Below, one piece after another: positions 26,369-36,618 of a stretch of DNA of 64,000 nucleotides. A model generated the notes under the pieces. It was not told the origin of the DNA. It was given only the letters and a program-made list of their open reading frames with translations, and made no database searches. The translations under genes were made by a program, and so were the position numbers. The stretch's first letter is position 1; each line of letters opens with the position of its first letter. This DNA is from an uncultured virus (IMG/VR IMGVR_UViG_3300030095_002703) (lineage: Duplodnaviria; Heunggongvirae; Uroviricota; Caudoviricetes): the IMG/VR virus record IMGVR_UViG_3300030095_002703; one strand, written 5' to 3'.

Positions 26369-28134
26369 TACGCCATCGCCCTCCCACGACTCTCAAGATT
26401 GCGCATAACTGAGTACATATTCTTGATGCCGTTGTTAAGATTTCCGTTACCCAAGCCGCGTACTGCATCGGTAGTCATTACAAACTCACCGGGCATTAAC
26501 ATGGCTCGAACGCTATCTTGATCCGGAGTACCCTCAGTTGGAGCTATGCCGCCTGTGCGGCGCGGAAAGATCGGTCCACCCTCGGCAACAGGTTGATAAC
26601 CTTGTGTTACATAAGGTCTTTCAAAAGGTCCGCCGGGGTTGCTGGCCATAAGATAATTAGCTTGATTAGTTTGTGCAGTGCTTTGAACAGGCTGCATAAG
26701 AGGAGGCAAGTACGAAGCTTGCTGGTCATCCTCAATCGTTGTGTCTTGTCCTACGGTTTCATATTCGCCTGTTTCTTCATTAAGTCTTATTTGACCTAAA
26801 TCTTTGACTAAAAACTTACCGGGATCAGCATCAATTAAGTCACGACCAGTAGTCGGGGTTCCGTCTGAATTGTAATCTAAAAAGTTAGCTTGCTCTGTTT
26901 CTGGAACATCAAAGAAACCCGCACCACCTGCTGCAACCGTACCCGCTGCTGCTAGTGGACCGAAACGTCTAAGCACACCCGGTGTAACATTTGCCGCTAT
27001 TTGTGCGGCCCCTGTTTGTTGGGCAGTGGTTGCAGTTAAAGGATCAATGCCTCTAGCCTCCAAAACGTCGATAGCCGTTGTAGTTTTGGGAAAAAACGCA
27101 TCTCTCATGCCTTGTCCGAAAGATACATCATCACTCGGATTGACTGCTGACCGCACACTTTCAAAAAAGCCCGGAGGTTCTGCAATTTCTGTCGCCGTAG
27201 TTCCCCCAACGTTTTCAACAACTGTAGTTTCTGCGCCTGCGCCGGCTACATCTGTACCTTGTGCTGGTTCAAATGGTCCGCTTGTATTAACTGTTTCACT
27301 TACATTGGCATCTACGTTAGCTGGCGTTTGGGCCGCGGCTAACTCAGCAGTTGGGGTATACGCTTGGAAAAAGCTGTCTTTAAAACCACCAAGGCTTCCA
27401 CTAGACAAACCTTCTGTAAATCCAGTAGCAGTTTGACTTACACGCGCTCCAAATCCAGAGGCAGCTTCACCAATATTACCTGTGAAAGAGCCTGTGTTTC
27501 CTGTAAATCCAGCAGTTACACCACCAATGGCACCAGAAATAAGTGCAGATTTCAACGCATCTTTGATACTGCCGCCCTGTATAAGTGTTCCAATACCAGA
27601 GCCCAAAGCAGCACCGTAAATAGGTCCAAGAGGCGTGAACGCCAGTGCAATAGGTAAAATAATTGGTGCAACTTTCTTAACAACTTTAACAACAGCTTTA
27701 ACTACTTTCTTGATGCCTTTAACTACTTTCTTAAATAGTTTTTTAAGGAAAAACTCAGGTAGACCCGTTGTAGGGTTCAAATCGTTGGTTTCTGCACCAA
27801 CAACATAAGCTTCAGGGTCTTCAACCCCGGCTTCTGTAAGAATATCGTAAATACGTTGCTTAATTACCTCGTCTTCAAGGAATTGTGCCGGGATGACTAA
27901 TTCACCCTCTGCAACGTGGGCCAGCATATTATCTTCATTGCGGCCATACTTAGCCATGCGCTCTGCCAGCGCAGGAAACTGGGCTATACCTTCATCACCA
28001 AAGTCAGAGGCTTTTTCGGAATAAACCTCATCAGCTTCGTCATCTTCCATGACAAAATCACCAATACCACCGGTCGGGACTTCCAGTTCTTCCAGTTCTT
28101 CCGTTTCTTCAATTTTTAACGCTTCTTCTGCCAT
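26368..28134 (-). CDS. Internal virion/ejection protein with cationic amphipathic helix
   Basis: 588 aa; acidic N-domain, NPTTGLPEF, KKLFKKVVKGIKKVVK, C-terminal DSVRAMLMPGEFV. Confidence 0.65.
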   Translation of the reverse strand: MAEEALKIEETEELEELEVPTGGIGDFVMEDDEADEVYSEKASDFGDEGIAQFPALAERMAKYGRNEDNMLAHVAEGELVIPAQFLEDEVIKQRIYDILTEAGVEDPEAYVVGAETNDLNPTTGLPEFFLKKLFKKVVKGIKKVVKAVVKVVKKVAPIILPIALAFTPLGPIYGAALGSGIGTLIQGGSIKDALKSALISGAIGGVTAGFTGNTGSFTGNIGEAASGFGARVSQTATGFTEGLSSGSLGGFKDSFFQAYTPTAELAAAQTPANVDANVSETVNTSGPFEPAQGTDVAGAGAETTVVENVGGTTATEIAEPPGFFESVRSAVNPSDDVSFGQGMRDAFFPKTTTAIDVLEARGIDPLTATTAQQTGAAQIAANVTPGVLRRFGPLAAAGTVAAGGAGFFDVPETEQANFLDYNSDGTPTTGRDLIDADPGKFLVKDLGQIRLNEETGEYETVGQDTTIEDDQQASYLPPLMQPVQSTAQTNQANYLMASNPGGPFERPYVTQGYQPVAEGGPIFPRRTGGIAPTEGTPDQDSVRAMLMPGEFVMTTDAVRGLGNGNLNNGIKNMYSVMRNLESRGRAMA

Positions 28135-28367
28135 TATCCCGCTCCGCCAGTTATGCTTTCAGGCATAGTTACCTGTATCATTGTACTTCTGTTCTCGCCT
28201 CCAGTCCATGAAGAACCACATTCTGGACAATTTCCGTTAGGATAAGAGGCTATTTCCTCTGGAGTATCTACTTTATTATCACAATTAGCACAATGAACAG
28301 TGTCTGTGCTAGTAGCCGGTTTCCACTTACTGCCATCCGGCATGTTTATTACTGTTCCATCACTCAT
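28134..28367 (-). CDS. Small Zn-finger protein
   Basis: CANC...CPECG; TAATG coupling. Confidence 0.75.
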   Translation of the reverse strand: MSDGTVINMPDGSKWKPATSTDTVHCANCDNKVDTPEEIASYPNGNCPECGSSWTGGENRSTMIQVTMPESITGGAG

Positions 28368-28660
28368 TACGTTGTTACCGTGACACTACCCACGGCCCCC
28401 GTTGCTGCTGATCCTCTTGGATAAGGCATGTTTGGGACCGTAATACGCAATTGATCGCCGTGTTGAAAAATACCGCCAACAGGAAGGTTAAAATTATCGG
28501 TCTGCAAGTTAGGCAAAGTTAGTGCGGATGCCTGCCAAGGACCGGGATTATTTACTTGTTGAAGAAAAATAGAGAAAGCACGAACAACTTCTGCCATATA
28601 CTCTGAATTATATTCAGGAGGGGCATTTGGAAATAATGGTTGTACTAATCCTCTACTCAT
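28367..28660 (-). CDS. Conserved virion-associated hypothetical protein
   Basis: 97 aa; coupled stop/start; ends GSVTVTT. Confidence 0.75.
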   Translation of the reverse strand: MSRGLVQPLFPNAPPEYNSEYMAEVVRAFSIFLQQVNNPGPWQASALTLPNLQTDNFNLPVGGIFQHGDQLRITVPNMPYPRGSAATGAVGSVTVTT

Positions 28661-30582
28661 CTACGCCCATCCGGTCTTATATCAACACGTGGAGTACCTA
28701 GTCTCCACTCAACACCTGTGGTGTCTGATTCAATTTTGAAAGCAAATGATCGACCACGCATACGAAGTCGTACTTGGTCAGTAAATTGCTCTACGGGTAC
28801 AGTAGAGCTTCTAATAACGTTGTTTTGCACTGTTTGACTGTAATCCGTGCCCGGAAAACGTCTTGTTTCTAGCGTAAAATCAACATTGGGAGAAGGTGAA
28901 GTAGACCCGTCAAATGTTACGTCTGGTATCAACTTGCTTAAAAATACAAAATTATCGCCCGCCCCAATCGACATCTGACTACTTTCAATATAAGAGCTTA
29001 TTGCTGCTGGCGGGTTAACGCTGCCGTCATCTGTACCAATTTCATGATAATACAAGTAACCATCAGTGCTTGCGGCAACAGGATATTGACTGATACCACG
29101 GTCTATCCATGCTGTTCTGTTTAAATTACCGTAATACCAAACTTGCTCTGCGTAATTATAAATTACATACCTGTCTACAGTGTTCGAACTAGCAGACGGA
29201 TAAAACCACCATATTTCTGAATATGAAGAGTTTACCGCAGCGGTAACTTTTTCAGCTTGATCTTGGTTAAAGTCATTAAACACATACGCTTTAACGGAAC
29301 ACGGTAAGTTTTGTACCTGACCAGTGTAGATATAAAACTCTTGTTCTCCCATCCACATAACCATGTCATCCACCGCAATTGCAGATAGCGGGCTGGCAAT
29401 AGTAATGTTTTCGGAAATCATAGAAATACCGAAAGTAAATGGGGGTCCTAAGAATTGCATGGAATGCAACGATTTATCGGTCCAAACCAGTATTTGCTGT
29501 CTTGTTTCGAGGGCCGTGATTATTTCAGAGCCTGTACCTATTCGAAGATCACCTGCCGTATTAGTGGCCTGTGCAGACCAAACTAGAGGGTTTTCTTGGT
29601 CGGAAAAACGTATAAGAAGGGGGTCTTGAACACCTATATTGTCTTGCGCATCACAACCAAACACAATTACGTGCCGGTCACGATCAGAAATCATAACTTG
29701 TTTAGCAATTGTAGGCGTAGTCGCATCCGCGCCAGCAAGGCTTTGTAGTTCTACTGCACGAGCAAAAGGTAATGCACTGGTCGATTTATCCCAGTAGTAA
29801 ATACCGCCATCCCGCACATTGATAATAAGGTCTTCACCAAAATTGTCATGGCTCCAAATACGCAGAATGTCTCCAACCGCAGTCAAACTAGAAGCAGAGC
29901 CCCATGTTCCACGTCCCCATGTACTTGAGCCCCAACCGGTTCCTGCTACTGTTGTATCTAAACCAGTTTGAATTTGATACGTGCCAACTATTGATCCGCC
30001 GCCGTTGCCAGTGTCTGATCCGTTAGCCAATACAGGCGTAGGCGTATAAGCGCCATCAATCGTAATGTCAACGAGAGAAGCAACTTCTCTAGCTACGACT
30101 TCATACGAAGAAAGACTTACGATTCGCGCTATTTGGTATTCTTGATTTAACACGGCTGCTGTTAGGTTACCGCCTAATGATGCCGCGCCACTAAAAGTAA
30201 CAAAGTCGTTTTCTAACGCTCCGTGGTTACTATCGTTAACGGTCAGGGTAGATGATCCGTTGACCGCGGCAAACGTAACGTCACCCGCAGTAGTAGTCGC
30301 ACGAATAGGGGTTATGTCATTATAACCACCACCTTCGTTTATGTAGTATTTGAGATGCGTTCCGACACCCAAGTAACTTTCGCCCGCAAGGGCTACAAAA
30401 GGATGTAATGCACGGCAAGTGCCTAAAAAACTTTGGCCTGAATATTTTTCCCACCCTCCTATTTTTTCGGGGGTGCCAAAACGAAACCTTACTTTGTCAC
30501 AGTCAAACCATCCGCCCTCGTTTGTATACGAAGTGGTTTCACGATTTACTCCGGGTTTAAACTGTAACTTTTGTAAAGGCAT
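28657..30582 (-). CDS. Tail nozzle / packaged-DNA stabilisation-like beta-rich protein
   Basis: 641 aa; MPLQKLQFKPGVNRE..GGW N-terminus, repeated beta-propeller-like strands, ends DGRR. Confidence 0.65.
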   Translation of the reverse strand: MPLQKLQFKPGVNRETTSYTNEGGWFDCDKVRFRFGTPEKIGGWEKYSGQSFLGTCRALHPFVALAGESYLGVGTHLKYYINEGGGYNDITPIRATTTAGDVTFAAVNGSSTLTVNDSNHGALENDFVTFSGAASLGGNLTAAVLNQEYQIARIVSLSSYEVVAREVASLVDITIDGAYTPTPVLANGSDTGNGGGSIVGTYQIQTGLDTTVAGTGWGSSTWGRGTWGSASSLTAVGDILRIWSHDNFGEDLIINVRDGGIYYWDKSTSALPFARAVELQSLAGADATTPTIAKQVMISDRDRHVIVFGCDAQDNIGVQDPLLIRFSDQENPLVWSAQATNTAGDLRIGTGSEIITALETRQQILVWTDKSLHSMQFLGPPFTFGISMISENITIASPLSAIAVDDMVMWMGEQEFYIYTGQVQNLPCSVKAYVFNDFNQDQAEKVTAAVNSSYSEIWWFYPSASSNTVDRYVIYNYAEQVWYYGNLNRTAWIDRGISQYPVAASTDGYLYYHEIGTDDGSVNPPAAISSYIESSQMSIGAGDNFVFLSKLIPDVTFDGSTSPSPNVDFTLETRRFPGTDYSQTVQNNVIRSSTVPVEQFTDQVRLRMRGRSFAFKIESDTTGVEWRLGTPRVDIRPDGRR

Positions 30583-30583
30583 A

Positions 30584-30820
30584 TCATCCGTCTATTACTT
30601 GAGCTTCTTCAGTGTTTTCTTTCACAGCAAGTGAATCAGTTAACATCTTGAAAAAAGCTTCACGACCGACATTTAGTTGATCTAAATTAAATCGTAAGCT
30701 TCCCATTTTCTTGTCCAAGTCAGATATGTGGTTAACCATAGCTACTTGTTGTTCTGTTAAATCATCAATGTTGTGTTCTACTTCATTGACAGTAATGGTT
30801 TTCTTTTCATTTTTCGCCAT
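30584..30820 (-). CDS. Small coiled-coil protein downstream of tail fibre
   Basis: 78 aa; AAGGAG RBS. Confidence 0.75.
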   Translation of the reverse strand: MAKNEKKTITVNEVEHNIDDLTEQQVAMVNHISDLDKKMGSLRFNLDQLNVGREAFFKMLTDSLAVKENTEEAQVIDG

Positions 30821-30843
30821 TATAAGTCTCCTTTAGTTTAAAA

Positions 30844-31152
30844 TTAAAACGGTTTGCCCCATGCTGTTGAGGGGGTTTTTGCTTCGTTAAGTTTTGCTGT
30901 TGCTTGTGCTTCAACTTCTGATACTCCATCAGAACCCAAAGTTGTTTTCACCCATCCAGTAATTGTAGACTCATCAAGTGAATCCCAAGCCACATAACCG
31001 CTATCGCTAGGATCAGGTGTATAGGACTCCATGCCAGATACTGTACCTGAGTAATCACCATCGGTATCTGTTGCAGACCATGCGGCATGAACCACACCTT
31101 TGTCTGAGTCGTTTGTGTATTCACAATTTGTAATGCTCCACACTACTGCCAT
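30844..31152 (-). CDS. Putative tail-fibre assembly protein, paralog of 31178-31525
   Basis: W.I...D.GV....W......Y..L.E.....WV.......G.P[FW] shared with neighbour. Confidence 0.6.
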   Translation of the reverse strand: MAVVWSITNCEYTNDSDKGVVHAAWSATDTDGDYSGTVSGMESYTPDPSDSGYVAWDSLDESTITGWVKTTLGSDGVSEVEAQATAKLNEAKTPSTAWGKPF

Positions 31153-31177
31153 GATATTTCTCCTTTATTAATAAATA

Positions 31178-31525
31178 TTATTCCCAAGGCAATCCTGTTG
31201 CTTGGCTTGCCGCCCTATCTATTTGACCTTGAACTTTTGCGGTTCGGTCATCTTCGATTCGTTTTTTTGCTTCATCAGCAGTTTCTTCGCCTTCAATCAA
31301 GCTATTGTACACCCATCCCAATACATCGCTTTCTTTTAAATCATCATAACTAATAAATGATGATGAGGAAGCATCATAAGTAAGCTTTAATTTACCGCCC
31401 TCTTGAGCAGTGTACGAGGGAGTGCCATCACTATTCGCAGTCAATGACCAATAGACAAGGATTACTCCTCCGTCTGAGTCCATATGCGTCATGTCGTTGA
31501 CGCTCCAAGTTGTTGTTATTGCCAT
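31178..31525 (-). CDS. Putative tail-fibre assembly protein
   Basis: Same pattern as 30844-31152; directly downstream of fibre. Confidence 0.6.
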   Translation of the reverse strand: MAITTTWSVNDMTHMDSDGGVILVYWSLTANSDGTPSYTAQEGGKLKLTYDASSSSFISYDDLKESDVLGWVYNSLIEGEETADEAKKRIEDDRTAKVQGQIDRAASQATGLPWE

Positions 31526-31538
31526 GTTTCTTTCTCCT

Positions 31539-34500
31539 TTAAGTTTTTTCGGGTTCTACAATTACTTTACCGTTGCTATCAGTCCAATCAGTATCCTTCA
31601 TGTGCTGATCATGACGCTCACCTACCACCATCCATGAGATTGTGTCGGTGCAAGAGTTGTCCTGTGCTGTAATTGTTAAAGTGTTACCAGACACAGAACC
31701 TTTAATTGCAGTCCACCCTGATTCATTTGATGTAAAGCATTGTACATTCGTATTCAACAGAACAAAGGTTCCGTCCGTCATACCTGCCGCTGTATCAATG
31801 TTTACAGTCGCAACGCCATCCACCAGATCAACGCTGCCACGATAAATATTGTCGGCCTGTGGTGCTTCCACAAACGAGTGAACAAGGTGATGGGTATCTG
31901 TTTTGGCGGGTAGAGGATGGTCAATCTTAAATGATCCAGAACCTTTAGAAATAGAACCTGAAAAGGTCACGCCACTAGCTGTTACATGAACATAAGCCGT
32001 GCCTCCTCCCGCAGGGCCAATTGCTAATTCTTGGGCAGTTCCACCATTTTGAGGAAGAATTTCCAAAGCACCAGAACCCACGCCACTCAATGTAGATGTA
32101 TTTCCAATAGAAAAATCCCACTCAGAAACACCGGCTCTGTTTAATCTTAGTTTAGTTCCATCTGCTGATTCTCCTATCGTGAACAATTTTCCGGGGCTAC
32201 TCGTCCCGATACCGACTCGGTCATTACCCGCATCAACAAACAGCATATTAGCGTTGCCGCTAGACTCAACGCGGAAGTCACGGTCTATACCTGCATTATT
32301 AATAACTAACTCAGCAGGAATAATGTCTAAGGCGTTGACGGCATTCCCCGCAGTCATTATTTGAATGTCCATTTTAAAATCTTCAGTGCCGTCAGTAACA
32401 TCAGCTATATGAGTACGAACTTTCATATAATCTTTTGTTGAACCTGCACTATTTTTACCTTGATAAAAAATAGTTGATAAAGCGTCATCATCAGCAGGAC
32501 TTGTCGAATCTCTGAAAAGAATTATGTCTGGCCCAGAAGCATTATTTGCCTGTGTGCTATGTAAAGTTAGGTATGTTCCGTCAACAGTATTTTTTATTAT
32601 TGCATCACCAAGAACGGACAATGTTTTAGTTGGTGTTGACTCGCCTATACCGACTCTATCATTGCCACCATCAACCCTTATCATATTAGCATTGCCATTA
32701 GACTCAACGCGGAAGTCAACGTCAGCAGAATCTTCGTTAAAAACTGCTCCGCTATGAAAATGAGAAAACCCAGCAACCTCAAAGGTTTGACTTGTGGGTA
32801 CTCTGCCAATTCCAACGCGGTCATTACCCGCATCCACAAACAACATATTAGCGTTGCCGTTAGACTCAACGCGGAAGTCTAAATCTGCTGAGTCTTCATT
32901 GATTACTGTTTCAGTAGCACCCATAAGAATACGAGACACGTTTTCTGTGGTAGCGACACTCGTAGCAAACTCAAGAGTTCCATCTTCTGTGGCGTTGCTT
33001 GCATCTGTAATTGTGGCGGATATTCTCGCGAAGCTGTGTTCTTCTGCGGCATCGTTATTAGCAACAAAACTTATTCTACCTAGATTATCGCCATCAGCAG
33101 GACTGCTTGAGTTTCTAAAAAATTTAACATTAGGTCCAGAGTTTGCATCTGCGTCTGTACATATAAGTGTAAGGACGTTTGAGTTATCGGCTGTGGTAAA
33201 TGTTGTTGCACCTGCCGCTATTGTAGAATTAAACGTAGCCGCACCTGCATCTGACATATCAAGGGTAAGGGCTGTTATGGTAGAGCCGCCATCGTTGCCT
33301 TTGAATATTATATCTTGGTCGCTAACAGCCGCTTGTATTATGTTTTCACTGCTTGAATGAACAATAACAAAATCGTTTGAATTACCTAGACGTATATATT
33401 TATCATCACCCATCGTTAGGTTATTTGCTGTTACAGTTCCGTTGACATTGATGCCATCATTAAAAGTAGCGTACCCTGCGGCACTCATGTCTATAGTAAG
33501 GGCTGTAATAATACTTCCACCATCGTTGCCTCTAAAAACAATGTCTCCATCCTGTATGCCTTGATTTATTCGCATATCATTACTGGACTTTGCTATATTT
33601 CCGAAAGTTGTTCCACCGTCTTTAAATTCTATTTCGCCTCCATCAGCATCAAGAATAATGTTACCTGCACCATCTACTGTTAGGTCACCAATAGGAGATT
33701 CAAGTGTTGCGGTATTTGCTCCGTTGTCGTATAAAAGATTGATACCTGTATTACCGCTTTCATCCTGAACCTTATAACCTGCTATTCTGTTATTAGTAGT
33801 ATTTTGCACAACTACATGAACGTCAGAACCACTATTATCTTTGTTTTTAACATGAAGACTTCCTGTTCCGTCACTACCGCCTATTGTAATTCTGTCATTA
33901 CCACCATCCACAAACAACATATGAGTGTTGTTGTTAGACTCAACACGGAAGTCTACATCTGCGCTACCCTCGTTTATCACCACGCTTCCAGAGGCTAAAT
34001 CAAGCGTTTGCGTACCACCTGCAAAAAATGTTTGTGTATCAGTTCCAAAATCTAAAGACGTATTGGAATCGCCTTGATGAACAATAGACGTTCCAACATA
34101 AGCGATTGTTGGGATAGTCACAGAATCGTTAAACGTAGCGGCTCCTGCTTCAGACATATCAAAAGTACAAGCAGTAATAGCAGAACCACCATCGTTACCT
34201 CTTATAAGTACATCTTTATCTTGAACTATAGACCTAAATACAAAATCGCTACTATTATTAATAATACTACCAATATGTGTTCCACCATCTTTAAATGCTA
34301 CTTCTGCTCCATCTGCATCAAGATTTATAACACCTGCCACATCTAATGTTAAATCACCAGAAGATAAATCTATTTCAGTGCCATCTATTGTAATGTTGTC
34401 TACTACTACACCTGCGTTGGCTGTGAGGACTCCAGAAACTCCTAACGTGCTAGATATGTCTGCCTTACCATTTACATCTAACGCTAATCCTGTACCTGCG

Positions 34501-36608
34501 TGGTCTATTTGAAGTCCCGTAAAAGGACAGTTACTGTCAGTTATGTTAATTCTGGCTAAACCATTTGTAATCGCATCATTACGAGGGGTTGTTATCAATA
34601 ATGCTTGGTCTCCTGCGGCTAACCCAGATATGTCTATTGCCGCGGCAGGACTTGCGGTTCCTATCGCTAAATGGCTTGATGCTCCTAATTTTACATCAGA
34701 ATTAAACGTAGCGGCTCCTGCGGCACTCATATCAAGGGTGAGGGCTGTAATTTCTGAACCGCCATCATTGCCCCTAAATAACATATCTTTATCAGAGACT
34801 GCTGACTTAATTACTAAATCTGTAGAAGAGTTTAATATTCTTCCAAATTCAGTGCCTCCATCTTTAAATTGGAATCCTCCACTATCAGAATCAAATATTA
34901 TGTCTGACGCTACGTCAAAAGTTAAAGTCCCAGAACTTACATCTATCTCATTACCATCTATAGTAATGTTATCAGCCACTACACCTGCGTTGGCTGTGAG
35001 GACTCCAGTGGCAGATAAAGCACCCACTACCTGAAGGCCGCCACTGTTAAAAGCACCTCTAGTCGTTCCACCCGCAGTAAATGCAACGCTATCTGCTCCA
35101 TCAAAATACATACCTGTATTAGTATCACCTGCATTTGTAATAGAAGGTGCGGAGGTTGAACCGTCACTTACTGTTACCACGCCACCAACCGCTAGAGTGC
35201 TTGCCATATCCACAGCACCATCAATGTCTACAACATCAAGATTAGTCGTGCCGTCTACGTCTATATCACCACTAATATCTAGGGAAGCCGCAATAATCTC
35301 ACCGCTTGCGTTGATCGCACCATTAATATCAATCGTTGTCGCTGCTATTTGAATTTCAGTGTCTGCAACAATGTCTAGCTGTCCATCAGTACTTGAGTTT
35401 ATGTAAATAGCTGAATCACGAAACTGGACTTTCTGTGCGGAAGTTACTTCTATATCAGTTGATCCGGTGGTATTACCATTAGCCAAAACCTCAGCTAGGG
35501 TATCAACCGTTCCAACCTGTGAATCTACATAAGCCTTAATAGACTGTTGAGTAGCAAGTTTAGTTGCGCTGTTAGAAGACATGTTATCTTCATCAGCAAT
35601 ATCTGTAACCGCAACAGATCCTGTACCAGATAGAGCATCAAACTCTATTGTTCCGTCTACATCTAAATCACCATTAAAGTCTGCATTGCCCGCTAAAGTT
35701 AACGTAGAAGCCATATCCACAGCGCCATCTATATCTACAACATCAAGATTTGTAGTGCCGTCAACATCTATATCCCCACTAATATCTAAACTAGCTGCAA
35801 TAATTTCACCACTAGCGTTAATTGCGCCATTAATATCAATGGTTGTAGCGGCTATTTGAATTTCTGTATCTGCAACAATATCTAGTTGTCCATCAGTGCT
35901 AGAGTTTATATAGATAGCTGAGTCACGAAACTGTACTTTGTCATCTGTAGAAACCGCTACATCTGTCCCACCAGTAGTATTACCATTAGCAAGGACTTCA
36001 GGTAAAGTATCTGAAGTAGCAACCTGTGAGTCTACATAAGCCTTAATTGATTGTTGAGTAGCAAGTTTAACATTACTGTTGCTTGCCATATTATCTTCGT
36101 CGAGTATACCTGTTACTGTAGTCGAATCGGCTCCTTTTAAAGAAGCAAATGTAGTAAGTCCAGTTATGGTAAGAGTACCCGCAGACATAGTAACTACATG
36201 ATCTACAGCCTCAACTACGTTAGTTCCATCACAAAATAACAACATAGTTTTACCGTTAGGTACGGCGATACCAGTTCCACTTGCTGTTTTTAACGTTGCT
36301 GCTTGACCACAAGAATTTTTTACAATGTAAGTTTTAGTAGCTGCGGGGCATACTACAGAAGCTGCTCCGCTTAATGAGCTTCCTGTGTCAGTTAAAGACA
36401 GCATTGCGCAACGCGATTCAGAAGTAGTGCCGTTAGCGGTAGTTAATGTGTGAGCGTTAGTTGACCAACTATTAATAGTAGCTAGGCCAGCGATAGACTC
36501 TTCAACCATCTGAGTAATGTTGTCGTTTACTACTGTGCCCCATGTTCCGCTAAGTTCGCCCTGTACAGGTAAGGCTAGTTTTAATATTGTAGTGAATCCA
36601 GTTGCCAT
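31539..36608 (-). CDS. Long modular tail fibre with C-terminal intramolecular-chaperone-like domain
   Basis: 1689 aa; GELSGTWG N-terminal anchor; three repeat families; C-terminal GSFKIDHP..HSFVE.P..YRG..GERHD. Confidence 0.85.
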   Translation of the reverse strand: MATGFTTILKLALPVQGELSGTWGTVVNDNITQMVEESIAGLATINSWSTNAHTLTTANGTTSESRCAMLSLTDTGSSLSGAASVVCPAATKTYIVKNSCGQAATLKTASGTGIAVPNGKTMLLFCDGTNVVEAVDHVVTMSAGTLTITGLTTFASLKGADSTTVTGILDEDNMASNSNVKLATQQSIKAYVDSQVATSDTLPEVLANGNTTGGTDVAVSTDDKVQFRDSAIYINSSTDGQLDIVADTEIQIAATTIDINGAINASGEIIAASLDISGDIDVDGTTNLDVVDIDGAVDMASTLTLAGNADFNGDLDVDGTIEFDALSGTGSVAVTDIADEDNMSSNSATKLATQQSIKAYVDSQVGTVDTLAEVLANGNTTGSTDIEVTSAQKVQFRDSAIYINSSTDGQLDIVADTEIQIAATTIDINGAINASGEIIAASLDISGDIDVDGTTNLDVVDIDGAVDMASTLAVGGVVTVSDGSTSAPSITNAGDTNTGMYFDGADSVAFTAGGTTRGAFNSGGLQVVGALSATGVLTANAGVVADNITIDGNEIDVSSGTLTFDVASDIIFDSDSGGFQFKDGGTEFGRILNSSTDLVIKSAVSDKDMLFRGNDGGSEITALTLDMSAAGAATFNSDVKLGASSHLAIGTASPAAAIDISGLAAGDQALLITTPRNDAITNGLARINITDSNCPFTGLQIDHAGTGLALDVNGKADISSTLGVSGVLTANAGVVVDNITIDGTEIDLSSGDLTLDVAGVINLDADGAEVAFKDGGTHIGSIINNSSDFVFRSIVQDKDVLIRGNDGGSAITACTFDMSEAGAATFNDSVTIPTIAYVGTSIVHQGDSNTSLDFGTDTQTFFAGGTQTLDLASGSVVINEGSADVDFRVESNNNTHMLFVDGGNDRITIGGSDGTGSLHVKNKDNSGSDVHVVVQNTTNNRIAGYKVQDESGNTGINLLYDNGANTATLESPIGDLTVDGAGNIILDADGGEIEFKDGGTTFGNIAKSSNDMRINQGIQDGDIVFRGNDGGSIITALTIDMSAAGYATFNDGINVNGTVTANNLTMGDDKYIRLGNSNDFVIVHSSSENIIQAAVSDQDIIFKGNDGGSTITALTLDMSDAGAATFNSTIAAGATTFTTADNSNVLTLICTDADANSGPNVKFFRNSSSPADGDNLGRISFVANNDAAEEHSFARISATITDASNATEDGTLEFATSVATTENVSRILMGATETVINEDSADLDFRVESNGNANMLFVDAGNDRVGIGRVPTSQTFEVAGFSHFHSGAVFNEDSADVDFRVESNGNANMIRVDGGNDRVGIGESTPTKTLSVLGDAIIKNTVDGTYLTLHSTQANNASGPDIILFRDSTSPADDDALSTIFYQGKNSAGSTKDYMKVRTHIADVTDGTEDFKMDIQIMTAGNAVNALDIIPAELVINNAGIDRDFRVESSGNANMLFVDAGNDRVGIGTSSPGKLFTIGESADGTKLRLNRAGVSEWDFSIGNTSTLSGVGSGALEILPQNGGTAQELAIGPAGGGTAYVHVTASGVTFSGSISKGSGSFKIDHPLPAKTDTHHLVHSFVEAPQADNIYRGSVDLVDGVATVNIDTAAGMTDGTFVLLNTNVQCFTSNESGWTAIKGSVSGNTLTITAQDNSCTDTISWMVVGERHDQHMKDTDWTDSNGKVIVEPEKT

Positions 36609-36618
36609 TTAATTAACC

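Noticed and set aside
31539..36608. Diversity-generating retroelement in the fibre repeats
   Set aside because: No reverse transcriptase, repeats are all in-frame coding, and no adenine-specific divergence is evident
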